A program made the translations under genes and the position numbers. The notes under the pieces are model-generated. The model was not told the origin of the DNA, did no database searches, and was given only the letters and a program-made list of their open reading frames with translations. Positions 49,664 through 61,517 of a DNA stretch of 64,000 bases are shown here, piece after piece. Origin of the DNA: Tubulanus polymorphus (taxonomy: Eukaryota; Animalia; Nemertea); contig NW_027437437.1 of the NCBI RefSeq assembly GCF_964204645.1, positions 1 to 64,000 of the forward strand. Direction: 5' to 3'. Numbering within the stretch: the first letter of the stretch is position 1; each line of letters starts with the position of its first letter.

Positions 49664-50037
49664 GATATTAATTATATTTAATTCAAATAATAATATTAGT
49701 TGAAAATTGTATAAAATAATAGAAAATAAAAAGGGGGTTTTAAGTATTTAAGGTATCTAATACATATCTAATACATATTATTTGAAAATACCTTAAATTA
49801 TATTTCTTTTTTAAATTTATGTTGAAACCTCAGTAATAATAAATAACCTTTATTATTTTCAAACTTATTCATACATTTGTTGAAAAAATAAAAATAAATT
49901 GGTTGAAAATTGTATAAATAATATTTATTTTAAAAAGGGGGTTTTAAGTATTTAAGGTATCTAATAGGGTAACAGGTATTAGGGTATCAGGTATTGGGGT
50001 ATCTAATAGGGTATCTAATACATAGGTATATAAATAG

Positions 50038-50598
50038 TTATTTTATAAATCTATATTCATATGGAAATTGTAGTCTCAGTAATAATTTTGAACCTTTATT
50101 ATTCTTTAATTTATTCATATATTCATCATATAATTCAGTAGGTATAATTTGATTTTCTTCCAATGATTGTTGCATAGATTTTCTATCTTTATTGTAGAAT
50201 AAAACTAGAAATCTTATATTCTCCCTAAAGTCTTTAACAATTGAATTATATTTTTGATTTATTTTTGATTTCTCTAACTTTTGAATCATGTAAATTTGCG
50301 CAATCATCTACAATGAATAATGTATTTGATCCTTTATAAGTATCAATTGCTATTTTTATACAATTATCTAAATTTCTTTTACTGTTTTAGGATCTAATAT
50401 AATAAACTTTTGTATCTTAACTATGCTTCTATTATATGTTTTATTCATTTCATAAGTGGGGCAGAATAATATTATATTATCAAAATGATTCTTATAAATA
50501 GTTTCTAACAAGTCTAATATGAAATGTGTTTTACCACAATTAGTTACACCAGTTATTAACATATTATGCGGTTCAAATATAAATAAATCTTTATTCAT
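50038..50598 (-). pseudogene. Packaging ATPase, disrupted
   Basis: Walker A GVTNCGKT; same lesions as copy A. Confidence 0.85.
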
Positions 50599-51709
50599 TT
50601 ATTCTTTTAATTTTACTAGATAAAATCCATTCATTAAATTTATCATCGTATCCTTTATATTTCACCAAAGAATACTTTTTTCGTTTAAGAGTTTTTGTTT
50701 TCAATACTTTTTCTATTTTGTATTCTATTTCATCTGGATTTGGTACAAGTGATAATTCTTGTTCATAGAAATAACCTAATATTTCTTCATCTTTTAGATC
50801 TTCTAATTTATAAACAAAAGGTTTAGTTAATATTATCTTTTTAATCTTGAATATTTCTTCTGTAAAATTTGGGGTATAACCTTTATAAAATGTTTTTCTA
50901 TATTTAGATATTCTTACGTGTTGTCCAATTTTAAATTTAGGTTCTCCGAAATCATGTGTAACAAATGCTCCATATAAATTATTCCAAACTATTTCCGAAT
51001 TATCTTCTTTTCTAGCTTGTATAGGTTTCATATTTATAGAACTATGTTTAGAATTATTATAACCTTTCACTAAATCATCTAACACATCGATATATTTATA
51101 TGTTTCATTAGCAGTAAAATATTTCCACATTCTAGTTTTCAATGTTTTATTAAATCTTTCTATAATAGATGCTTTTTTATCTGAATGTGTTGAAAAATAA
51201 TCTACATCGTTATCAGATAATAGTTTTTTAAAATGTTTGTTATAAAATTCCTTACCTTCATCAAATTGTATCCTATCTGGAATAGCTTCTTTAAATATTG
51301 ATTTAAAAGCATTTGTCACTTCTATAACAGTTTTATTTTTGATTGGAATTGACCATGCGTATCTACTGAATATGTCTATAACATTCAGTATCCAGAAATA
51401 TCCTTTGTTGTATTCTTCTAAGTTCTTCATGTCAAGCAAATCAGCTTGCCATTGTTGATCGATATATGAAACCATAACTTTTCTTGTTAAATAAGTTTTA
51501 TCCATTTTCTTGTGGATTTGATATGTTGGTTGATTTTGTAACCATGATTTTAATTCACTATATTTTATATCACCGTGTGGGTGCCATACGGCACCACCAC
51601 CATTTTCATTATCAGATTTAATTTTATCCCATAATTCTGAAACGTTAGAATATGATACTTCACTTTCTGGGTTATAATATAAATCTCTTAAATATTGTTC
51701 TTTTTTCAT
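50591..51709 (-). CDS. rve integrase with chromodomain
   Basis: DDE triad and chromodomain; intact 372 aa. Confidence 0.95.
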   Translation of the reverse strand: MKKEQYLRDLYYNPESEVSYSNVSELWDKIKSDNENGGGAVWHPHGDIKYSELKSWLQNQPTYQIHKKMDKTYLTRKVMVSYIDQQWQADLLDMKNLEEYNKGYFWILNVIDIFSRYAWSIPIKNKTVIEVTNAFKSIFKEAIPDRIQFDEGKEFYNKHFKKLLSDNDVDYFSTHSDKKASIIERFNKTLKTRMWKYFTANETYKYIDVLDDLVKGYNNSKHSSINMKPIQARKEDNSEIVWNNLYGAFVTHDFGEPKFKIGQHVRISKYRKTFYKGYTPNFTEEIFKIKKIILTKPFVYKLEDLKDEEILGYFYEQELSLVPNPDEIEYKIEKVLKTKTLKRKKYSLVKYKGYDDKFNEWILSSKIKRINE

Positions 51710-51715
51710 TCTATT

Positions 51716-52165
51716 TTAATCCATTAATATTAATCTTGGTTTATTTTCAATGACTTTATCATTTGACTTATTTGGTATGATAGGTTTGTTGTCATTGGAA
51801 TCATTATTGTTATCATCAGATTTGAATTTTGATTCATATATTACGCCGGAGAATATAATAATTGTGATTAACCCAATTGTAATATATAAGTAATTATGAG
51901 CTGTGCTGAATCTATTAGATGGATTATTATTTGAATCAATATCAGATAAAGTCTGTGATTCATTTATATCAGTTAATTTCTTTTTCTTAGCTTTTTTTAA
52001 TTCTGAAGATCTTTTACCTAATTCTCTTGCCCATTTCATTTGTTTCTCTATATCAGTTAATTTCTTTTTCTTAGCTTTTTTTAATTCTGAAGATCTTTTA
52101 CCTAATTCTCTTGCCCATTTAATTTGTTTTTCAGATCTAGCCTTTTTCTTAACGCTATCACTCAT
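51716..52165 (-). CDS. Basic repeat protein with TM helix
   Basis: Same as 13872-14321. Confidence 0.75.
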   Translation of the reverse strand: MSDSVKKKARSEKQIKWARELGKRSSELKKAKKKKLTDIEKQMKWARELGKRSSELKKAKKKKLTDINESQTLSDIDSNNNPSNRFSTAHNYLYITIGLITIIIFSGVIYESKFKSDDNNNDSNDNKPIIPNKSNDKVIENKPRLILMD

Positions 52166-52173
52166 TTATTTTA

Positions 52174-52760
52174 GTTAATTTTTGTTCTGATTCATTTTCT
52201 GTTTCGACGTTTGGTTGTAGTACATCTGTTTCGTTCTTACCTGATTTATATTCCATAGGCTTGATGTTCGAAAATGTAATGACACCAGTAGAAATTAATG
52301 TCATAACCGATCCTAATTGGAATGAAGCATAACCAACCCATTTTTGTAATAACTGTCATAACTAAGTAGTCATTTTTCAAATCACTATATAATTTATTTT
52401 CATCATCAATTGGTATTAACTGGTTACATAACTTAGAGTAACATTTGACAATACCATCTGAAATAGAATCATTTATTCTAGCTAATCGAGCTTCTTCATA
52501 AATCTTAAAATATTTTATTACTTTATCGGGTTTCATAGAGTCTAGTTCTTGAAAAGTAATGATTCTATTTAAAACTCATTAGTTTTTCCACCGGCAATCA
52601 ATAGTTCTATATGGTGCTTATAATATAAATAGTATTCATAATCTTTATTGTTATTAACTTGAATAGAATTAGAAACAACTGTATCTTTATTATCACTAAT
52701 ACCCAAATCATCTAATGTCTTTTCAATATCAATACTATTCTTATTAGATTTCTTTGACAT
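52174..52760 (-). pseudogene. Conserved hypothetical protein, frameshifted
   Basis: Same as 14330-14916. Confidence 0.65.
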
Positions 52761-53169
52761 TTATATTAGAGAAAAAAAGCAAAAAAAATATTATAAATAT
52801 TCTTCAAATGATACTAGATAGTTAAAGTTAAAGAACTCTAGTATTGACTACTGATACTAGCTATTTGAATTTAAAGAATATCTATTTGAATCTATTCAAA
52901 ATATAAAGTATTCTCTTTTGAAAAGAAAGTATTAAAAATATAATAGAATTCACTAGCTAGTTGAAGTTATTGTTTTTTTATTATATTTTATTTGAATTAG
53001 GATTTAATATCTCACTACTATTGTCTATCTATAGGAGCGGTAACTATAACTGTCCAGATAAGTCATTTCGGATTCTCGATAATAAATCCTAAAACTGAAA
53101 ATAAATTCAAAGAAACGACTGGTGGAAATATTATTTCATAAACACATATATTTATTATGTAAATTTTAG

Positions 53170-53534
53170 CGATCGATAATAGAACAATGGAGAACAATAG
53201 AAATGCGGTCCAATCGGACCGGTTATTGCGCAATACACGGTTATATTTTTATTCTGTAAACTACAACATTCACACATAGAAATGTAACCAATCAATATTG
53301 AGCAGCTGTTTCAGTCAACAACGATCAATAATAGAACAATGGAGAACAATAGAAATGCGGTCCAATAGGACCGGTTATTGCGCAATACACAGTTAACAGT
53401 AAACAATACAATACAGAACAACCGCCGCCATTAACAACGATCAATAATAGAACAATGGAGAACAATAGAAATGCGGTTCAATCGGACCGGTTATTGCGCA
53501 ATATTTAGTTAACAGTAAACAATACAATATTAAA
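53170..53534. repeat. Three ~66-bp palindrome-rich repeats
   Basis: Same as 15326-15690. Confidence 0.9.
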
Positions 53535-53599
53535 ACAGATATATACAATCGGGATTACATTTTTGATATCTATATTACAAAGACCTTCAGTGTTATAAT

Positions 53600-54066
53600 T
53601 TATAATTTTGTCCAGAATTCTTTAATTACTGGATTGTTTCCAATCATTTCTTCAATTTCTGGTAAATATCTGACTACTTCACTAAATGCTAATCCTAATA
53701 TTTTGAATTTTTCATATTTTATTAATCTACCTACTCTTCTCAGTTTTCTTTCAAAACCGGCACTGATATCTCCACTCATTTTCTTAGTTTTCGATTATTT
53801 GAGTCCCAACAGCAATTTAAGTCGCGTTGCTGGTAATTTTGGTAATTGTAGTTCGCGCGGTAATTGTTTATTATGTATTACATCACTCAGAGTTTTCACC
53901 ATTTCTTGATGATAGTCCAAATGTTCTTATAATTTTGTGAAGTTTGTTCGTCAATTACGAGAGTTTCATCCTCCATTTCTATTGATTCCTGAGTTTCACT
54001 ATCCGTCGTTTCCGGTTCCTCATACGTTGGTTGGCTTAGAATTTCTGGTCGATCTCTGTATTCCAT
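53600..54066 (-). pseudogene. Disrupted hypothetical protein with acidic N-terminus
   Basis: MEYRDRPEILSQPTYEEPETTDSETQES..., continuing across two apparent frameshifts. Confidence 0.4.
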
Positions 54067-54468
54067 TTTAATCTAAAAGATGTCGTGAAAATGAATGACT
54101 GTACTTAAATATGTTTAAAGGTTTCCCTACTTCATAATATATGTACTTACATTTAGATTTAGAACTGTAAACTGTGTTTTGAGAGAGAATATCCAATACG
54201 TACTATGTATGTGAAAGTTGATTTCTAACTGCCGACGTGGCGCACGTTCAACCAAACTAATTACTTCTGCATGTTTGCCTGGATTGTAACAGATGTTCCT
54301 TTGTGATTAATCCTTTTCAACTGAAATAGCACATTCGATCAATATTCAAATGAGGTGCGCCCCATTCAACTGAATATGAAATACGGCACAGATGTTTTTG
54401 TAAACAACCTAATACAATTACATACAGGCGGTTTGACATAGATCGAGAGAAACCGGTTTTCTAAGCGT

Positions 54469-55120
54469 TTAACATTCAACGTATTTTTCATTATGTGTTG
54501 AGTTCCATAATTCAACAAATGTCTTTGCTTTATCCAGTTGATCTAAATATAACTGTATATCTAGTTTATTAGATTTAATTATATTTTCTTTCTTTTCAAG
54601 AGGCCTTAAATTCTTCCAGCACCAGATTAGCTTCTTATTATAATCATCACTCATGTCAAATTTAGAAATCGGCAACATGATCAATATGAAAGTATTCACC
54701 GTAATTATCTATATTCATTTTATCATCGAATTGATATATTATCCATGATTTGAGAAATTCATCTGAACAACCCAATAGATTAGATAGTGTTTCTGAATGT
54801 GTTTCTTTGTTGAATAATTGTGTTAATCTAGATCTTAAGCATTGTTTCAATCTAAAATTAAGATCTGTTTGATATCTTTCTCTCATATATTCTGTCATAT
54901 AATCATTATAAGCTTCTCTATTATCTTCTCGGTATTGTTTGGTATATAGTTTAAAACAAGTTTTACAGCAATATTGAAAACCATCTTTGCTAATCTTACG
55001 CTTACTAAATTCTGTTAAAGCTAATTTATCTAATTCACATTTAGAACACTTCTTGTAGTATATGTTTATAACGCCAGTGTTATTTGTAATATTTATAGTT
55101 TGTGGTTGTTCTGGTTCCAT
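54469..55120 (-). pseudogene. HNH endonuclease with N-terminal CxxC/CxxC zinc ribbon, frameshift near 54675
   Basis: KKCSKC...CKTC...NFRL...LRSRL...LLGCS..FLK.WI..QF...MNIDNYGEYFHIDHV / LPISKFD...WKNLRPLEKKENIIKSNK. Confidence 0.85.
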
Positions 55121-55197
55121 TTATTATATGTATTTTTTACTAAATTGGTTAATATTTTAGAATCCTCTTCCATTTCTTCGACCAACGTCATCCTTTT

Positions 55198-55449
55198 TCA
55201 TTCCTCGCTGCTTTTGATAAGTTGTTTCGATTCCTTGATATCAAATTCCTCAACGTATTGTTCATTATTTGGATCATTATTCCATAATTCAATAAATTTC
55301 TTTGCTTTTGTTAACTGTTCTGAATATAACTGTAAATATTCTAGTTTCAATTTATTATCTAAATGTGTTTTAGTTTTATTGTGTCTTGCTTTTTGGGATT
55401 TATCTATATTGATATTACATGTTGGGCAGTAGTACTTATTTGCTTCCAT
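55198..55449 (-). CDS. 83-aa zinc-finger protein sharing the first 38 aa of pPolB
   Basis: MEANKYYCPTCNINIDKSQKARHNKTKTHLDNKLKLEY. Confidence 0.7.
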   Translation of the reverse strand: MEANKYYCPTCNINIDKSQKARHNKTKTHLDNKLKLEYLQLYSEQLTKAKKFIELWNNDPNNEQYVEEFDIKESKQLIKSSEE

Positions 55450-55655
55450 TTTAATACTAATTTTTTTTTTTTAATTGATTTTAGAAGTTCAATGATTTAT
55501 ATTATGCATTATTTCAATCACACTTTACTAACACTTTTAATGTTTAAAAATCTAACTCATACAAATATGAATATTGAAATAATGTTGTAAATATATACTT
55601 TTATATTGAATAATCTGTCAATTTAAATGTTATTCATATATATGAATATTTTAAG

Positions 55656-55924
55656 AGTAATAGGGGTAATGGGCTTTCATATCAAAGGTTGAAAGGGCTA
55701 GTGAGTAAAAAATGAAAAATATGAAAATAATAATAATTTCTATTTGAATTAGGAGTGAAACTCATATAAAATGAAAAATAAATTCGAGTGTGCAAGAATT
55801 ATTTTTCATTTTATATGAGTTTCGCTACTAATTCAAATAGAAATTATTATTATTTTCATATTTTTCATTATTTATGAGCTCGACCTTTCGACCTTTGGTA
55901 TGAAAGCCCATTACCCCTATTACT
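55656..55924. repeat. Right terminal palindrome (269 bp) centred at 55790
   Basis: Near-perfect arms of about 129 bp around the loop cgagtgtgcaa. Confidence 0.92.
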
Positions 55925-56778
55925 GTGCTGGCCGCAGCATATCCATGATCAGCTGTGCTAGAAGCAGCATCCCCTAAAAAGTGAAGTGGGTATATTGATT
56001 TATGTGATGATTCATGTTACGATGACTCTCTGACTGTCGATGAAATTCAGGATTCAAAAGTATAGAGGTATTAATTAGACCTACAATACGCCTGCAGGCC
56101 TATAATGTTATATGTAATTCTAAATATTAATCCAGTCTAGGTCATAAAATGAGGCCGTCACAACCAAGCGCGGATTTCTAAATAGATCAGTCTCAGACTG
56201 ACTCTGTCTCTCTGACTCGGCCTAACTGACGACCCGGGCCCGGCCTAGTCAGTAACCTGTCTGTGGTTTAGTTTCACGATCGGATATTTTCACAAACCAC
56301 AGTCAGGAATGGGAAGGTCATTTTTGTATGAAATCTTCGTCAGCCAATTTGACTGACGAGTAATTTGCCTGGCATTTCATTGTCTCTTAAGATATCCGTC
56401 TAATTTTTGCTGTAATCGACGCACAACAGATTCGTAGTTTGTCTGATACCTATAACACCTCACCTGACGATCTTAATCCATGTGCAAATCGGCCGTAAAG
56501 TGAGAGTAAATTTCCGTCCAGTCAACAGCTGCCATTTTGAAAATTACTGGAGGTGCTGGCACCTGTGGACTGAGGCCAGGACAACAGCACAAACTCACGA
56601 TTCTCTCATTCGTTTACATGCATGATTTGAGTGCTTTAATGATGATAAACAACGCAATGTTTCTCCTGATTACTCACCAATATTTGAAACGAGCGCCATT
56701 ATAACACGGAAGTATTTTTCACCGTATGACGTCACGGCTAAATTATCGATCGGTGTCGCCATCTTTACGAGAGTCGTG

Positions 56779-57218
56779 TATAACTGCAGCGATAAGTTCC
56801 AGTTGTGGTACTGTCAAAGGTTTGACGGGCGCGACTTCGACATCAGGAAACTCGACTGCCCCTGACGCTACAGCAACATACGACTTCTCGCTGGCGTCCG
56901 CGAAACATGTAGTTCGTAGCTAGATATTGAGTCTATTCCAGTGTCAAACAAGTACCTAGGATAGGATCGGTTCAGCATCGACGTAATATTATGAACCGCG
57001 GTTATCCATCTACATCTAATTTCGTCTGGTACAGGTTCATCCTAATAATATCCCGATTTCAAAAGATCTTGCATCAATAACTTCGGTGTCACTAAGACCG
57101 GCGAGATAAATCCTAACGGATCATAAACTTTCGCTGAATCGCTGAGTATCATACGTTTAGTTTCGACATCCTGATCCATAGACCGAAATGGATTTGACCG
57201 AATTCAGCTCAATTTCAC
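56779..57218 (-). pseudogene. BEL/Pao pol fragment (RT thumb/connection and RNase H N-part)
   Basis: TKRMILSDSAKVYDPLGFISPV; FADASEKSY; VAPVKPLTVPQLELIAAVI. Confidence 0.88.
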
Positions 57219-59867
57219 CGGTTCCTGAACTTCGCTGAAAAAGCTGAAACACTGAAAAGCTGAAACGCTGAAATAAAAACGCTGAAATTTCAGGGAATTT
57301 CCGAAAAACGCCGAAATTTCAGGGAATTCCCGAAAAACGCTGAAATCGTGCTAGGTACCGACAATACACGTTTTGAAATTCTTTCCGGGCCGGTGTCCGC
57401 TGCCGAGTCCTGAACCGTCTTTTAGACTCTACCTTCGGTTACGGAGACATGCCTTGAGGTCGTCGTCATGTTCGACTTGATCGATTGCGGATTGCGTGGA
57501 TTGTTAGATGTGTTTTTTGTTTTATGCGCATATACCGGTACGATCTAACAATGAAATTATCACTTCATTTGAATAAATTCTTAATTACAGTAATATTAAT
57601 TCTCAATATTTTTTCTTATATTTGGTGATTTCTTCCAACTTATCATTGCCAAGTCTCATACAAAAGTAGTAGCTGAATGAAAGTACAGCTAGTAAGGCTG
57701 AACCTGATAACCCAAATTAAGTGCTGACTACTTTGATTCTATTTTGGTGTGAATAAAGGTTCAACCGTCATAGTATACTGTACTTAGCATTACTACGATT
57801 GGGTGCCATATTTCTACAATCTCTTCAAGGAAGGAGTCTTGGAGTGTCTTTCGTTCCCGGGAAGGCATCCTCGCTTGCCAGGAGACCAGTATCGCTCCCA
57901 AACTCGCTTCCACCTGCCCCCTGGCCTCACGACGCGCGATTTCATTACCGGCGTTTTAGCGAATGACGTCATATATCAACACGCGACAATACTTCCATTT
58001 TCGCTACGTATTCGCTGATTGGTCCATTTACCGGGAAATTCCATAGATGCCAAAATGTCGTTTGTAACAAGCGCTGTGATTGGCCCGACCTGATTCTGGT
58101 CGGCTAGTAACGACTCGAGGTCAAGCGGTTCGGAGAACAGCTTTAGTGTAGTGGGTTCGAATCCCTTGACAGGTGAAGATGCCGGGTAGGGTACGGGGTA
58201 AAACCTGGTTTACTTTCTCTGTCTACTTGCTGGAGACTACTATCTGCAATGTATTGCAAGTTTTTACTTGTCTGGCTTATGAGAGTCGAACAACGTTTTC
58301 CCATACACAGGCTTGGCTTTAGTACTAGATGAAGGCTAGGCACTGCACATTGTGGATTGACTGGAACTCTAAACTCACAAAATTAAACGAGTCAACAAGA
58401 AAGATCCAATAATTTGACGTTTGTTTAATTATATTATTTAACAGCTTAAAATAATACTTAACACATTATAAGAATACACAAAAGAAATCAGTTCTTACAT
58501 TATATCAGAATCAATAGTTCGCTTAACTCGGGCTTCAATTTTGGTTCCATTGCTTTATATTCTAATGAAATTCACTAGCATACCTTAGAATATTGCTTAG
58601 CTTAAGATAAAAAATTTGGTACCAGGAAAACGGGGAAGTAAAGTGGGTGTACTGTACATCCCCAATTGACTTATTTCTCTCTGGTTGAATCAAGTTATTA
58701 CTGAAATAGCATTCGAATAGCCATTTTGTTTTTAAAAATTGTGTCGTTCAGCTATCCTGCTGCAAATTTCGCAGTTCAAGTTAACTAGTGCCATCTGATT
58801 TCTCAGTATCTCAAATTTGCACATTCTTAGCCCGAGTCTAAAAATAGAAAAAAAGTGCATTTAAAGTAGGAAATAAAAGAATAGTGGCTAACACACTCTG
58901 GAGATATAGCCTATGGGGTGGGCCTAGTTTGAAAGCACTGAGGTCCGAGGGAACAGCACTTAGTAAATAAATACTGAAATCAAACTTACAAAACACCCAA
59001 TACTTGAGATGATGTACTTGACAAGAAGTGTGTCCAGCTGAGCAAATCAACTTTATCTATGACTCCTCCTTTTATAGATACCGTAGTAGTCTAAAAATAA
59101 GAATCGGTACATTTTTCTAACAGTTGGTATGTCATTTAAAAAAAAAAAACCTATTATTATCACAACACAGCAAATAAATTTCAGTTGTTGAATGGTTTGC
59201 CCGATTTAGATTAATTGGTTGACGCTAATTAGTATGACCTATAAGTAGGGGCCTACTGCATGTCATTGGCGTCAATCCATTCCATTCCACGGTGAATTAA
59301 AAAGAAATTTAGTTAGATCCCTTTTGTCCAAAAGCTGCATCATTTATATAACTAGCTGTCAAATTTAATTTACCTCCTTCAGAGAATACCATAGTCCGTC
59401 GCCCATCAACGTGTTGACAAAAGAAAAGTTGCTTATAATCCTGTTTTATACATGAACGATAGAAGTAAACCATATTCTTGGAATATTGAGCATAGTGTTT
59501 AAGTTGGCTTGCACGGTTTGTGAATGGGTTTTCCTCATCATGCTGCCTGTATGCATTAAAAATCCGGATTTCAAGCGAATTAATTTGTTCAACAAGTGGC
59601 CCTCTAGAAGTATACTCCACACATACTGCCCATGCATGTCTCTGTAACCGAAGGTGGAGACTAAAAGACGGTTCAGGACTCGGCAGCGGATACCGGCCCG
59701 GATATTATTTCAAAACGTGTATTGTCGGTACCTAGCACGATTTCAGCGTTTTTCGGGAATTCCCTGAAATTTCGGCGTTTTTCGGAAATTCCCTGAAATT
59801 TCAGCGTTTTTATTTCAGCGATTCAGCGTTTCAGTGTTTCAGCTTTTTCAGCGAAGTTCAGGAACCG
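57219..59867. mobile_element. Non-autonomous MULE/Mutator-like element (2.65 kb)
   Basis: ~160-bp TIRs built of gctgaaa subrepeats; 9-bp TSD CAATTTCAC (57210-57218 and 59868-59876). Confidence 0.9.
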
Positions 59868-60402
59868 CAATTTCACCTACGCTTGCATCCCATTTTACAC
59901 CTAAGACTTTTACTTTTGACGATTACTCATCGACGCAATCAATTTCCGCCAAATGCTGAACGTCACGACTATTACTCGTCCACGAACGCAAGTTAAATCC
60001 ACCTTTGCCTAACAGTTCCCGAGAATTCCTGTAGAAATCAGTTAACTCCGCCTGACTGTTCATGCTACTGATTACATTGTCCACGTAAACGTTCCTCTTA
60101 ATTACGTCACTCGTCACGCTCGGATTCATGTCCAGATGCTTCAGTACGGTAGCGTTAAGTATAAACGGCGAACACGTAGCCCCAAATAAAACGACTCGAA
60201 ACCTGTACGTCACCAACTCACTGTTAGGATCTCCCGCATCTTTCAACCAGAGAAAGCGGTTAAATTCTTATCTTCATCAGCCAATTCAATTTGAAGAAAA
60301 GCCTTCTCGTTATCAGATACGGCAGCAAACTGTCCTAAACGAAAACGCAACAAAATACCCAAGACATCGTTATGAAGAGACGGTCCTGCTTCCAAGCAGA
60401 CC
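59868..60402 (-). pseudogene. BEL/Pao reverse transcriptase fragment (5' truncated)
   Basis: CLEAGP, EKAFLQI, YRFRVVLFGATCSPFIL, YVDN, GGFNLRSW, KVLGVKWD. Confidence 0.9.
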
Positions 60403-61362
60403 ATTAAGCCACGTGGAATTGGTATTTTAAGGGCTATTCGGTTTGCTCCAAAACAAGTCTCTGATAAACAAGCTTCATATCAAAGCTGCGAAAGCAGCAG
60501 AAACCCTAATAAACTTGTTTGATCCTTAGTAATACAACAGCACCGCAGGTTTAGTAACAATAAAGTGGACAGAACAGAATTAAATTTTCATTTTAAGAGA
60601 TTGATATATGAAATAAAACGTGCATTAAAACATCATATGCAAAGCTTCCAGTGAGTTCCGTACAGATTGAGACTGCCTAAGACTGGCTTCACAAGAGATT
60701 ACACAAGAGATCACAAGAGATTAGGTTATTGTCATAACCTAGTATGTCATCATATCAACTCAGATTTTTTCTTATGAATATATAGACTGACCGCACCTCG
60801 CCGACTAATTGAGTCGTAATAAATTTCTTTTTATATATATTTGGAACCTCGAATGTTTCGAGGGCTTCTTCAAAGTGGTCTGAGAATTCCTCGACTGATA
60901 TGTCGTCTTCGCTGTTGAACTTTGGTAGTTGCGTTATGATGGTTCGAAGTTGTGATTCACCGCCCTCCCCCAGAAAATTTTGATTTTTAAAGGCTCCAGC
61001 GATGCCATTTTCTGCATTTTAACCTTGAAATATGAACAATACTTCCACTGCTATTTTCCTGTGACTTCGTTCCTCAGGTCTTTTTTTTAACGACCATGGG
61101 GATGATGGCATTTTCCCTGATATATCATCTGAACCTGAAATACGTATGAACACTGTCATTCCACATTCTGGAATTTGGAGTGAATTACTCCAATTTATTT
61201 CACACCGATTTCGAGAATTATTATATCAAACCGAACAAAAATAGCAACACTTTATATCCATATGGCTGTTTTTTGAAATTTTATTATGCACAAAAAACCC
61301 ACATAATTTCTAATACTTTTACTAAAATTTCATACTCTAACACTTGATGAAGCAAACTCCAG

Positions 61363-61517
61363 GATTTTGATAATTTTAACCTCTGGGCCCGGTTTTATAG
61401 ACTGGTATTATCTTTAACTCAGGGGCTAACTTAATTAATTTTCAATTGAGTTAACCCCCGGGTTAAAGTTGATACCAGTCTATAAAACCGGACCCAGAGG
61501 TTAAAATTATCAAAATC
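61363..61517. mobile_element. Palindromic MITE-like element
   Basis: ~46-bp inverted arms gattttgataattttaacctctgggcccggttttatagactggtat. Confidence 0.7.

Larger units (their letters stand above)
36734..55924 (+). mobile_element. Full-length Polinton/Maverick copy B (19,191 bp)
   Basis: AGT...ACT ends, perfect 51-bp outer TIRs, 5-bp TSD GTGCT (36729-36733 and 55925-55929); pPolB, integrase, ATPase and capsid-like genes. Confidence 0.97.
31646..56778. mobile_element. ISL2EU/Harbinger-related DNA transposon (about 5.9 kb excluding nested Polinton B)
   Basis: Imperfect TIRs cacccttctcgtaacgtggcg / cacgactctcgtaaagatggcg, with TATA duplicated at 31642-31645 and 56779-56782. Removing it restores BEL LELIAAVI|GSRLASS. 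Confidence 0.8.
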
